Below are positions 40,040-53,020 of a DNA stretch of 64,000 nt, piece after piece. Within the stretch, counting starts at the first letter, position 1; every line of letters starts with the position of its first letter. Source of the stretch: Octopus sinensis (Eukaryota); contig NC_043003.1 in the NCBI RefSeq assembly GCF_006345805.1, forward strand, positions 24,738,001-24,802,000, read 5' to 3'. Below the pieces are notes generated by a model. That model saw only the letters and a program-made list of their open reading frames with translations, did no database searches and was not told where the DNA came from. The translations under genes were made by a program, and so were the position numbers.

Positions 40040-40911
40040 CTCTAGTGGATGACAAAAATTGAGAATATGTATCATATGATGCAGGAAAACAGGAAATGTG
40101 TCCTGTGTGTCACATGTGACATGCAGGACAAGTAAAGGGCTAAGCTGGAAATGGCCTGAGCCAAGTTTATCTAATACCTATCGTTATATATTCTACATTT
40201 AAATTGTATTGTGTTCTTCCTTGAAATATTGCAATGTATGGTCTCCTTAAATGATTTGACATAGGAGTTTTCTGCAACACACAACAATTCATAATGTTTA
40301 GGCATGGTCACAGCCCTCTAAACAGAGTTGTAGTGCACCTGAGCACTGTATGCAACAATTTCTTTCATATATATATAAGTTTGGAAAAGGTAGCAAGTGA
40401 AAATTCTGTTAATATAATTATTAGCTCAAGCTTATATACATTCACTGTATATTAGCTATGAAAATAATCTAATAATGTGATGTTTGACACACAAAAATGG
40501 ATATTAGTACGCATGGGAATATAAGAGATATAGGTTTGATTCCCCCTTGTACTAATACCCATTTCTTCATTCAAGGGCCTATATGCCCCAGTATTAGTCT
40601 ATTTTCTATAGCCAATATATGGTGAACACTTATCAACTTCAGCATATATTTACCGAATATATATATATATATTTAAAACAGAGTCTGTGTGTGTGTATGT
40701 TCCTTATGGATTTGAAAACTGAGTTGCTGATTTTGACGTATGAAATATCAAAAGGTTCTGTAATCTTTTGACTACCAAATAAACTATATTTTTTGCACAA
40801 CTCTTTTTTCACTACAAAACTAACCTTGGAAACAAAGTCAGGTCGCACACTTATGAAGTCTTTAGCTAAGGGAGGCAAATTTCAACTATATATATATGTG
40901 TGTGTGTGTGT

Positions 40912-41203
40912 GTGGAGGTGCAATGGCCCAATGGTTAGGGCAGCGGACTCGCGGTTTCAATTCCCAGACCAGGCGCTGTGAGTGTTTATTGAGTGAAAAC
41001 ACCTAAAAGCTCCACGAGGCTCCGGCAGGGGGTGGTGATCCCTGCTGTACTCTTTCACCACTCTTTCTCCCACTCTTTCTTCTGTTGGCCTGCTCGCTTA
41101 GCCAGCGGGATGGCGTCATTCGAAGGCTAAAACAATGCGAACACATTGTGACCAGCGATGTGTAACTACATCTGATGGACTGGTCGGTCACGTGATCACG
41201 TGA
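40912..41203 (+). mobile_element. tRNA-derived SINE with small head deletion and cacgtgat tail
   Basis: Same head as 63457-63781 but lacking about 14 nt between two gcggt-like microhomologies. Tail shared with 49068-49320. Confidence 0.8.
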
Positions 41204-41841
41204 CATATATATATATATTCAAGCAAAGTTACACAACATGGCTGAGTACAATCAGACACAAGACCCTCCACCACAGACAGTCCCAGTGGAAGACTCTCCA
41301 CCCAGATATGTGTGGAAACACAAGACGGGCTACATTTTCAAACATCTGTGAGGAGAGGTTTCTCTCAGGGCTGTCTCTCAGCACAGTCTTCTCCCACATG
41401 AGTGCTCTCGAGTGTGTTAAGTGTGACTTTGTGCAGATATATTTCGTTCAACACTGCTTTGCGTGACATTTTAGTACACACAAACATATATGTATACACA
41501 CACACACATACTTATACATTTTATTCCTTCATTTCATTTTACACGAGAATTTTTTGATAGTGACTTCAAAATTTCGGTTCAGTTGCCTTCATCAGACTAT
41601 GTGCCAAAGATAACTAAGCTGATACTTTGAAGTCACTATCAACTTCTTTTTTTTTTTTTTGTGGCAATAAAATCAATGATACTTTACTTAAATCTATTGA
41701 GTGAGCCTTCAATTAATGTGTTTTGTATATAGAAAAATATATATATGTGTGTGTGTGTGAGAATATATGTATATATTGATGTGTTATGCTTGTATATATT
41801 TATGTATTATGTATATATGTATATCTATACATGTATGTATG

Positions 41842-41888
<47 letters not shown>

Positions 41889-42273
41889 TCACTTAAATAT
41901 AAATGTATACCTCTGTTTCTTTATATCTGTCAATGTCTTGTTTTGCATTCAATATCATTCAACTATGGTTTGTTGAACAGCATTTCTGCATCACTTCAAC
42001 TTTATTCACTTGCTACTTACCTGTAATTATTGCACCTGCATTTTTTCTTTTCTTTTTCTATTTCTATTTTTTTTCGTTATTTTATTTTATTTCATTTATT
42101 TATTTTTTTGCATTATTTTTATTTTGTTTCCATTGTTTATTTATGTTTTACTTGCATGACTTTGTTGTTCTTGTTGTCATCGCTGCTGCTGTCTTTGCCG
42201 CTGCTACCTCCACCACCATCACAACCACCACCACTACCACCACTACCACCACTACTTTTATACTGATACACAG

Positions 42274-42333
42274 GTATCAGACGCAAAACTTTTTCAGGAG
42301 ATGTCATCGACTGTGACCAACTTAACAGAAAAA
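42274..42333 (+). CDS. ARFGAP1: ArfGAP1 candidate duplicated internal exon, 60 nt, phase 0-0 (VSDAKLFQEMSSTVTNLTEK)
   Basis: cag|GTATCA...GAAAAA|gtaagt. Open 20-codon frame. Matches recalled human VKEGKIFDDVSSGVSQLASK at V1,K5,F7,S11,S12,V14,L17,K20. Same length and phase as exon 49533-49592. Confidence 0.7.
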
Positions 42334-42832
42334 GTAAGTGTCCCCCCTCCCTCGCCAAACTCTATTGAATGGCATCTTTTATTTTATGGTTTTATCTTTT
42401 CTTCTTTTTTTATATTTTATTTGCTTTCTTGCCTGCTGTTTTCCCCACACCCTTAATTAATTTTTTTTTATCTATCATTAATCACCTTTTATTTTTTTTA
42501 TTTTATTTTTTTTGCATTGTTTGTAAAACTAATTGTTATTTTCTTTACAAAACTAACATGTGTAGTTACTAAACTAAGAAATAACTAAATTGATTAAAAT
42601 TAATTAAATATATATAGTTTGCTTCCCAGCCACATGGTTCCAGGTTCAGTCCCACTGTGGAACCTTGAGCGCGTACTTTTAGCTGGATTGGTTTAATTAA
42701 AATGACAAACTTCATTATTATTATTATTCTGATGTGTTGTTTGGAACATAATCAGCAAAAAGTCTTACATGAAATTATGATGATTTCTTTTAAACTGGTG
42801 TGTGGGGTTACATGATAGAACAAGGGTATATT

Positions 42833-43146
42833 GAGGGCCAGATATATGGGCCTAAGTGTGCCATGGTTCAGGGGAGGCCCCAGGTATTGGAGCACCTCTT
42901 TAGCTCAAAGACACCTAAAACTTGAAGTTAATTTTTTTTTTAATTCATCTACAGCAGTCAAATAATTTGTAACCTCTTTTAATCCAATAGGGTTCTTTTA
43001 AAATTACTGAGCCCTCTGTTGATTTATTGGGACCCTTAGCTTTAAAAGAGCCCCTTTTGGTTATCTTATGTTTTGAATTAGTAAAATCATAGGGGAGCCT
43101 CTAAAATCTATTAGCCCAGGGGCCCCACTAGGTCTTAATCCAGCCT
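42833..43146. mobile_element. Possible old hAT-like MITE
   Basis: Ends agggccagatata / ttaatccagcctta with a subterminal ggggcccc. A similar 3' end occurs at 27265-27298. Confidence 0.4.
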
Positions 43147-44661
43147 TAGATCTCTCATAAAAATTGTTAAAAGAAATGAATTGTTAGTCCATTCCTGAAT
43201 TTCAATTAGTTTGATCTCTGATTGTCATCATTTGTTTTATTGGTGGATATGTAGGTGCAGACATGGCTATATGGTTAAGAAGTTTGCTTCCCAACTAAAT
43301 GGTTTGGGGTTCTTCCTTACGGCACGGCACTTTGAGCAAGTGTCTTTGACTATTGCTTCCACCTGGCCAAATTTTTGTCAGTGGAACCAGTTGATAGAAA
43401 CTGAAAGTAGCTTGTGTGTGTCTTGATATCACTTGGGAGATGTGAGTGTCACTATCATAAAAGCAATGCTGTTCATTTGCAGTCTTCTGTAAAAACATGT
43501 CTGGCTATGAAGAAATATTACCTTTGATTGGAAATAGACAAGGGTTGGTGATAGGAAGGGTATCCAACCATAGAAAATATGCATCACTGAATTTTGTTTA
43601 ACCCATACAAGCATGGAAAAGTGGCTGTTAAAATGATAAAGATGCGATGCACCTAATTTCTGGCTAAGAAGCTTTATTTCTAAACTAGACACAGTAAAAT
43701 GCTGTTCTCTACTTGGTTTTGAATTGACAGTCATTAGAACATTCGACAGTATATTTCATGGTATTCATTCCAACTCTTTTTGCTCTGAGTTCAAATCTCA
43801 CCAAGGTCGATTTGGCCTTTCATATTTTTGAGGTCAATAAAATGTACCAATGTAGGGCAGAACTGTAGGAAAATCAACCTGGATGTCTTCCAATATTCAT
43901 TCAGCTCTCTGGATTTTGAGTTCAAATCCCACTGTGGCTCACCTTAGCTGGTAGTCTTAAGTTATCAACCAGTTTGACATCACCACCTGGCACCAGGGAT
44001 GTCTTTATAGAGCCCTGCTCTGTAAGCATCCAGGTTAGATCTTTGGGTTTTTGGGGGTTTTTTTAGGATAACTTCATCCCTCCATCTCATTTGTCTTGGA
44101 GGCCTTACCTCTTGAGTAGGATATAAAAAAAAAGAGGGAAAAAGTATTCTCATCTAGTCTTCTAGCATTTAGATTATACTGTGAAATGTAATGCTTATTT
44201 ATTCAGTTTGTTTTGAATTAATCATGCACAATCTCATAGTTTTAAGATGTCAATGATGTGATTGTATATTTTTAGAACGACATTCTATGATAGGTCTGAA
44301 AGGCCAAGTCTGGCCAGTTTGAACATAAAACAGGTTGAATATTTGGGGCAGAAATGCCTGGCTTAGATCCTAAAGGGTTAATGTTAGAGTCATAAATTAT
44401 TTAAAATTATTTTTCACAAAAGACGGCCATATTAAGCTGATGTTGAAGCTCAATCAAGTAGACCAACATTATCAATGATGGATCTTCAACAGTGATCCAC
44501 AAAACTCTATCAGCCATGCTTCTTTATATATAATCCTGTTTTCTTTTTGTTATTGTTGTTTGTGTATTTTTTTAACCAGTCATTCTTTATATCCTACTAT
44601 CAGTATATGTTTGTGTGTGTGTGTGTGAGAATATATGTATGTGTGTATATGTGTGTGTATG

Positions 44662-44718
<57 letters not shown>

Positions 44719-46157
44719 ACAAACAGTTACCCCTTCGAGATCAATAAAATCAATTGATATGGGTATGGTTTGAACTCTAACCTTCCTAGACACTTATTGA
44801 TCTTCCATTTGATTCTTTTTATCTACCAATGATCCATTGCCATCCATTCTAGATTGCTGGCTCCCATTTTCACTAATCCATTTTACAAACCACGAAAACC
44901 TCTTTGTGACTGCCCTCAACTGCATGCTAGAAATAGCAGCTAGATTTCCCTCAAACCATACACTGTTCTATTATAAAAAATATAATGGCACATGGAGCAA
45001 TTTAGTAGTCTTAGAGGTATTACATCTGATTAATAAAAGACATGCTTCTTTCAGTTTTCACTCACAAGGCATTTGGTTGGCCCAAGGTACCACGAAGTGA
45101 GAATGAACCTGAAATCATCTGGTTGGGAAACAAAGTTCTTTACCATAGAACTATGTCTGCACCTTCACATGGCCACACCTGTTTAAAAATTATCTAAATT
45201 TAAAGCTTTCCATCAAAATTTTGTGTAAAATTATGTTCCAAACACCAGCTTAATAATAACGACAGTCATTTTCCTAAATACTTCATTATTTTCAAAATCA
45301 CTTCCAAAATTAATTGAAAGAAAAAAAAACAATGGTGTATTTCAATAGAAACACAACCACAAAAGTGTTGACATCCTTTTCTAACATTTTTTTTTTTACT
45401 CCTAAATATTTAACCATTTTCTTGTTGTGTGTGTTTGTGTGTGTGTACACTATTTCTAAAACATGGCTTTCTGATTTTTGAAATTTGCAATTATCTGCTT
45501 GAAATCACAGCATTTTGTAGTTTAATTTTCAATTTCACAGGAACGGAAATCTTATTAAGGACTCTGGATTTCATTTTGAAATCTGTTCTTTTTTTCCGTG
45601 CCTCCTTTCCTCCCTCCTTCCCATTACATTAGTTCTTATTTTGAACTGGGCAGTTGCCAGGGCTTGGGTTTTGCAGATCTCTATCAGAATGCCAATTTTG
45701 CCAGCAATTTTTTTTTTTTTTTTTTTTTTGTTAACGAGTCTCCAAACTGTACTTGGTTCGGAGCTGGTCATTGATTGTGACTTGCCTTTGCTGGGATCTG
45801 TTTGGTTTCATACACTCTTATACTCTTATCACAGCCATGAGGTGGGGGAGGAAAGGTTAGAGTTCAGTGGAGTAACTGTATTCTCATATTCTCTCACTCA
45901 CTTCTTTGCTGTTGGTCTTTTTTTTCTTTCTCATTCTCTGTAACAGAAACACACACACTTCTGTCTTTCTTTACCATCTCCCTTCCCTTTTCTTAGTCTC
46001 TCTCTCTCTCTCTCTTCCTCTCATATAAGCTCACACATACACATATAACATGTGCACACACACACATGTGCATATATTACATACTCCCTCTATCTCTTTC
46101 ACATATAAACCCACACACTCATATAACTCACATTCACACACACCCGTGCATATATCA

Positions 46158-46206
<49 letters not shown>

Positions 46207-46415
46207 GCACAGACTTACACCTTATTTCATTGTCTGTTCTCTGTTTTCTTTTTTGCCCATCACTTTCTTTTCCTCTCACTCCTCTGATTTATTCCCTCAT
46301 TCCATTACTCTTCTCTTTTCTCTCTCCCCTTTCCATACACACACACACACACACGTGTATCTAAGTATGTGTATATATATAGTGTGTGTACATATATATA
46401 TATATATGTGTGTAC

Positions 46416-46502
<87 letters not shown>

Positions 46503-48702
46503 ATGTATATATGTATGTATGACTCTCCCTCCTTTCTCAAAGCTGTCTGTTTCCATAATGTCAAATTAACTGATTCCTTATTTAGATTGTATTCCAGGGA
46601 CAAGAAACTTGCTTTGGCTTCAAATATCTTATTCGCTCAACTAACAAACACATTCCTAATCACTCTCAATCTTCCTTACAAGATAGCAGTGGTGTGGAGG
46701 GCCACGAAACATTGCTGCTGTTTCACAATGGTTTCACTTTGATGCTTTCAGTTGCATAGGATAGTTTAGAAGGAAATCACATTCAGTGAATTGGCAAAGC
46801 TATTAGAGTGTCAGATACAATACCTCAAAGTATTTGTTCCTTTGTTCCGAATCCTTGTTCTCTGAGTTCAATTCCTACCAAGGTCAATTATGTCTTTCAT
46901 CATTTGAGAATCAATAAGAAAAAAAAATATTGATCCAAAACAGTGGATTGATGGAAATGTAAGAATGGTGGGCCAAATGTCTTGTGGCATTTGTTCTGGT
47001 TTCTGGCATTCTGAATTCAAATCCTACCATGGTCCCCCAACCCTTGCTTATCTGAGCGGTAGGTTTAATTTGTTCTGGTTGATACTTCACACCTCAGGTG
47101 TCTTTAACAGTGTTCCCATTGTTGCGGTCATTTTAGCCAGGTTTGCAGTTTAAGGATATCTTCCCTCCCTCCCACTTGTCTTCGAAGTTTTATGAATGGT
47201 CATGGGCATCACCTTCTCTCCTGTCTAAACAGATGAAAAAGAGAGAGACAGACGGACTTTGGCTAGATACAAAAACCTTGTACTTTAGAAGAGGTAGAAA
47301 AAGAAAGTGTGACAAATTTTTCCTATGCAAATTCACCTCACCAAGGTATTGAAGCTACATCCCTGTCTCAACATTTAACCTTACCAAACAGGGGAAAACT
47401 GAATTCTTTTGTGCTGAGTGATGATTAAAATAAACTGATGTTGAATGGAACAAATTTAACTGAAGAGTTCTAAATAAGGAACATAATTACTCCAAAATAA
47501 CTTATCAGTTATTCCTTTTTTTCCTGAATATTTTAGTTTTTTGTCTCCTTTCTCATTTGCTGCATTGGTATTTCTGATGACTTAGAAGATTTATCCTTGC
47601 ATAAAGCATGCATCTGCACAAGTTGCAGTTGATTAACCCTTTTTATACCAACCCACCCAAAATTACCCTTGGTTCTATGGTACAACCTTCCTGCTTTGAA
47701 GTGATCTAAATTAAAATTTGTTTAAAATTTGATGCTGTGTTCTGAATATCAGCTTAATAACAGCTAAGTTGTTTTACTGTATTCTTAATTATTTCAGAAC
47801 TTAATTTAAATAAAGAGGTACATTTCAACAGAAATATGGTAACAAAATTATTAAATAGAGGAGGATATAGTTGAACCTGACAAATTATTATTATTATCAT
47901 TATTATAAAACTATTACATGCTACTTTGGTTAGAAAGGATGTTGTCTTGAGGTTTGCAGACAAGTCTCCTCAAATTTCAAGAATCTTTCTTCAGGTTCTT
48001 GCAGAATACAAGATGTCTCAATTCACATATTCTTCAGTAGCCTGGGTAGCAGTTTGGGTGTTGTACTAAATGCACCAATTACTACAAGAATAGATAATGT
48101 CTTCTATAATCTCTTCATATCTCTGGCTTTATTATTATTATTAGGTGGCAAGCTGGCAGAATCGTTAGCACACTGGACGAAATGCTTAGCAGTATTCTGC
48201 CTATTGCTATGTTCTGGGTTCAAATTCCACCGTGATCAACTTTGCCTTTCATCCTTTTGGGGTCGATGAAATAAGTACCAGTTACACACTGGGGTTGATG
48301 TAATCAACTAGCCCTCCTCACCCCAAAATTTCAGGCCTTGTGCCTATAGTAGAAAGGGCTATTATTGTTATACTCTGAGTTGATGAAGAAAAATCAAACC
48401 AAATAAATATAGCAGTTAATTAATGAATTAGGTAAATTAGATAAATGCCATTTTTTAGATTTTAGACGTTTATGAATGCCACTTTGCTTTGAGACAGAGA
48501 CTCAGTAATAGATTTGGAATCATGAGTCTGGCACTTGCTGAGTGACTCCGTTAACAATGACACTGGTGCCAGTCAATCACATGATCTCAAATTAGTTGTG
48601 TAAATAATATTTTTACTAGTTTTATAAATAATTTTTACTGTTATATTTTTTGTTAGAAGATCATTAGTATGTTACTTAAGAATACATGCAAGATAGACTA
48701 AA

Positions 48703-48963
48703 ATAAAATAATAAATGTGCCCTTTTAAAGCCTAGCCAAGCTCATGGGCCCAGTTTTCCGGTTTCAATGGCATATGTAATCCCCAGCTGGACGGGACGCC
48801 AGTCCATAGCAGTGTTACTCATTTTTGCCAGCTGAGTGGACTGGAGCAATGTGAAAATGAAGTGTTTTGCTCAAGAACACAATGCGTCGCCCAGTCCAGG
48901 AATCGAAACCACAATCTTACGATCATGATGCTGACACCCTAACCACTAAGCTACATGCCTCCA
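48703..48963 (-). mobile_element. SINE with 14-bp TSD
   Basis: TSD caagatagactaaa at 48689-48702 and 48964-48977. Confidence 0.88.
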
Positions 48964-49067
48964 CAAGATAGACTAAACCCTATATAAATTTATTACATGT
49001 TATATAAACTAATGTCCCATCAAGCAAGGTGCATGTCACCATTTCAACTTCATTTTTATGGTGAGAT

Positions 49068-49320
49068 GCCACATGATCACATGACCAACCAGGCTATCAG
49101 ATGTCATTACACACCACTGGTCAGAATGTGTTTTGCATCATCTTAGCATTCGAATAATGACACCCTGCTGGCTAGGCAAGCAGGTCAACATTCTATCCTG
49201 ATCAAAAGGAGACTGGAACAATGAAGTGTTTTGCTCAATGTGCCGCCCAGTCTGGAAATCAAACCCACAATCCATTAATGATGAGTGTGATGGCCTAGCC
49301 TCTGGGCCATGCACCTTCAC
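49068..49320 (-). mobile_element. SINE with 10-bp TSD
   Basis: TSD atggtgagat at 49058-49067 and 49321-49330. Confidence 0.85.
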
Positions 49321-49532
49321 ATGGTGAGATATATACCTTAAAAAATATTACATTATGCGTAGGCTAATGTCCTATCTAGCAAGGTGCTTGTCACCACCTC
49401 AACTTGATTTTTACAGTGGGATATATACTTCTCACTTTCCAAGGGTGATCTAGAGTGTGAGTTTGTGTTTTTTGTGAAGTTTTTTGTGTTGGGGGAGAGA
49501 CTAATGTTAGCGTGGTTTGTTTTGCATTTCAG

Positions 49533-49592
49533 GTGAAAGAGGGCACACTGCTGAATGACGTCGGCTCCTCCATGAGCGGTTTTGCTTTCAAG
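49533..49592 (+). CDS. ARFGAP1: ArfGAP1 internal exon, 60 nt, phase 0-0 (VKEGTLLNDVGSSMSGFAFK)
   Basis: ttttgcatttcag|GTGAAA...TTCAAG|gtatgt, with a branch-like ctaat about 30 nt upstream. 10/20 identical to recalled human VKEGKIFDDVSSGVSQLASK. Confidence 0.92.
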
Positions 49593-50957
49593 GTATGTCC
49601 AGCCACCCTCCTCACTCCCTGTAAATAAAAGTACACATGCACACACACACATGCACATACACATGCACATTCATGCACACACACATGCACACTCACGTGC
49701 TTATACACACTCGTACACACATACACAAAGTCTCTATTTTGATTTTGATTTGTGTTTTTATGTTTTTTTAATATTTTTACCTCCACCTTACCGAAGGCAG
49801 AGGTATTGTTTTTCAGTTGTGTTTGTTTGTTTGTCCATGGACAAGATTCATGACTGGCATGTACTGATTAGATTTTGAGATGAATTCAGTACCGGACAAG
49901 GATTCTGGATTATTTTTCCTGTTTTTTTACTTAATTTTTGAGAGCAGTCAGGTTCATTTTTAGTATTCTCACTTGTGAGAGCAGCAGTTGAGTTTATTTC
50001 AGATACTCTCATTCTAAAAATCATCTCTGGCTAATCATTGAAAGGACGTTGGTGTTGCCTTGGTGGAGATTTGTGCTCTCTGAGTGCTCTTGTTGTTAAT
50101 AATTTGTTTCTATTCTAACATTACAGATAAGGTATTGAGCTGTGGAATCTTTAACACTTCAGACAAAATGCTTCATAACATTTCTTCTGGCTCTCAACAT
50201 TTTCATTCCAAATTCTGCTGAGTTCAACCTTGCCTTTCATCCTTTTGGGGGTCAATAAAATAGGCATCAGTTGAGCACTGGGGTCAGTGTAATCGACCAA
50301 ACTCCTCCCACTAATAGTGCTGTCCTTGCCAAAATTTGGAGCCATCATTATGGCAGCAATCTAGCAGGATCGCTAGTATGTCAAACAAAATGTTTGGGGA
50401 CATTTTTTCCAATTCACATTACTTTTCATTTTCCTGAGGTTCATTAGAATCATCCCCTAAATCTGAGATCTTGTGTCTGTGTTATAAATCATTATTACAT
50501 TGTAAGAAATCCTTACTTTGTTTTAATGTCAGAAAAATTATTACTTTTATTACAAGGAGTAGGAGAGAAACAGATTGAGTGTCTAGTTTCATCTATCCCC
50601 ACTCCACTATATTCTCAAGTATATATATATATATTGACATTGACACAAGGCTAGCAATTTTATGTGTGTGTGTGTGTATGTATGTTGTGTTTTGGGAAAG
50701 ATCAAAGATAAAAAATTGTCATGTTTTTATAAGTTTCTAAATTTCATTTTGAAAATTGGTACAAATTTGTAAATTTCACAAATTGAAACAAATTTTGATA
50801 TAAATTTTTCAAATTTGTACCAGTTTGAAAAATTTACAAAATTCTTTTACACTCTGAATTCACCTTGCTGGAGTCTATAAGATAAATACCAGTTATATAC
50901 TGGAGTCAATCTAATGACTGTTCCCTCTAAAAATATATGGGCTTGTAAATAAGATAA

Positions 50958-51260
50958 AGGAGCACTCTGTCAGTTGCGACGACGAGGGTCCCAGCTGATA
51001 TGATCAACGGAACAGCTTGCTTGTGAAATTGACATGTAAGTGGCTGAGCACTCCACATTCACGTGTACCCTTAACGTAGTTCTCGGGGAGATTCAGCATG
51101 ACACTGGCCCTTTGAAATACAGGTACTACTCATTTTTGCCAGCTGAGTGGACTGGAGCAACGGGAAATAAAGTGTCTTGCTCAAGGACACAATGTACCGC
51201 AGGGAATTGAACTCACAACCTTACAATCATGAGCCAAATGCCCCAAACCACTAAGCCACT
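50958..51260 (-). mobile_element. SINE (gagaactacgttaagggtacac tail family)
   Basis: Reverse-orientation relative of the plus copy at 57200-57530. Fragments near 1700, 2440 and 55060. Confidence 0.78.
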
Positions 51261-51742
51261 GTAACAAGAAACCAATATTATTTCATCTGTTATTAATATT
51301 GGTTTCAAATTTTGACACAAAGCCAGCAATTTTTTTTTTTCAGCAGGAGTGGCGAGGAAATTGATTACATCAACCCGAGTACTAAACTGGTACTTATTTT
51401 ATCAACCCCCTGAAAGGATGAAAGACAAACTTGACTTCAGTGGAATTTGAACTCAGAACATAAAGACAGACAAAATGTCACTAAGCATTTTGCCAGGCAA
51501 GCTAACAGTTCAACCAGCTCACTGCCTTATCTGTTATTAATATCACCGAAGTTGACTTTGCCTTTCATCATTTTAGTGTCAGTAAAATAGGTACCTGTTG
51601 AACACTTGGGTTGATGTGATCAATTTGCCCCCACCCCTGAAATTGCTGGGTTTGTACCAAAATTTGACACCAATATTAATGTTGATTTGTTGTCTATTGT
51701 TTGTTATGCATGCCTAATTTATATACAATCTGTGTCTTTCAG

Positions 51743-51891
51743 TTGTCGTCAGCTAGCGCTAAAGGCTGGCAGGGTTTGTCTTCATCACTTTGGGGTGGAG
51801 AACCAAAAACAACTCTTGCTACTGCTGACACCAGCCCCGGAGAAAAAACGTCGCTCCTGGGTGGAGGAAATGGATCGCCAACAAAGGGAAG
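51743..51891 (+). CDS. ARFGAP1: ArfGAP1 internal exon, 149 nt, phase 0-2 (LSSASAKGWQGLSSSLWGGEPKTTLATADTSPGEKTSLLGGGNGSPTKG)
   Basis: gtctttcag|TTGTCG...GGGAAG|gtaagt. SAKGWQGLSSSLW aligns with recalled human GSKGWRDVTTFFS. In frame with both neighbouring exons. Confidence 0.92.
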
Positions 51892-52986
51892 GTAAGTCAG
51901 CTTTTTATCTTTTGTTTGTTTTGGTCATTGGACTGTGGTCATACTGGACACCACCTTGAAGGGGTTAGTGGAAGAAATTAACCCCAGTACTTATTGTTTT
52001 GAGATCTGGTACTTATTGTATCGATCTCTTTTGCCAAATTGTTTAAATGTAGGAACATAAACAAACCAATACCAGTTGTCAAGTGGTGTGGTGTGCAACA
52101 ACAAAAACATAAATACACAATAAGCTTTTATGTGGTTTCCATCTACCAAATTCACTCAAGGCATTGGTCAGCCTTGGACTGTAGGAGAAGACACTTGCTC
52201 AAGGTTCCTTGCAGTGGGACTGAACCTGAAACCACATGGCTGCTGAACAAGCTTTCTTAACCACATAACCTTGCCTGTGCCTAATGGCCAGCAACAAACT
52301 GGCCTCTGTGCCGGTGGCACATAAAAAGCACCATTCGAGCGTAATCTTTACCTGCATCGCCTTACTGGCACGTGAAAAACATTCGAGTGAGGTCGTTGCC
52401 AGTGCCACTGGACTGGCTCCTGTGCAGGTGGCACATAAAAAGCACCGTTTGAGTGTGGCCGTTGCCAATACCCCCTGACTGGCCCTTGTGCCGGTGGCAC
52501 ATAAAAGCACCCACTACACTCTCTGAGTGGTTGGCATTAGGAAAGGTATCTAGCTGAAGAAACTCTGCCAGATCAGATTGGAGTCTGGTGCAACCATCTT
52601 GTTTGCCAGACCTCAGTCAAATCGTCCAACCCATACTAGCATGGAAAGCAGACGTTAAATGATGATGATGAGGATGAATGTTTGTAGTAGTCTATGTTAA
52701 AAAAAAAAAACTAAATTAAAAATTTTAGTTTTAAATGATTCTACAGCAATATTTGCCCATAACTGTATTTGAATATACTGCAACTTTGTTATTCTCGAAT
52801 GCAAATTATCTTCCTTGTAAATGCAGTTTGAAATGACCATTTAGTTGTGTGGAATATGTATTCACCCCCTTCCTGCTCTATCTCTCTCTCTTTATCACAC
52901 CTCCATTCAGTCAAGAGAGCTTTTTTGTTTAGCAAGTTACTTAGTGATCTCAGTTGAGGAAGTGCCACAAAAAATGGCACTTAGTA

Positions 52987-53020
<34 letters not shown>

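Noticed and set aside
45739-45841. Poly-T plus AG followed by an open frame LQTVLGSELVIDCD...
   Set aside because: Length not a multiple of three, phase incompatible with the flanking phase-0 exons, and no homology.
50753-50826. 17-bp AT-rich inverted repeat (16/17 match)
   Set aside because: It sits in low-complexity acaaattt subrepeats, where such matches arise easily.
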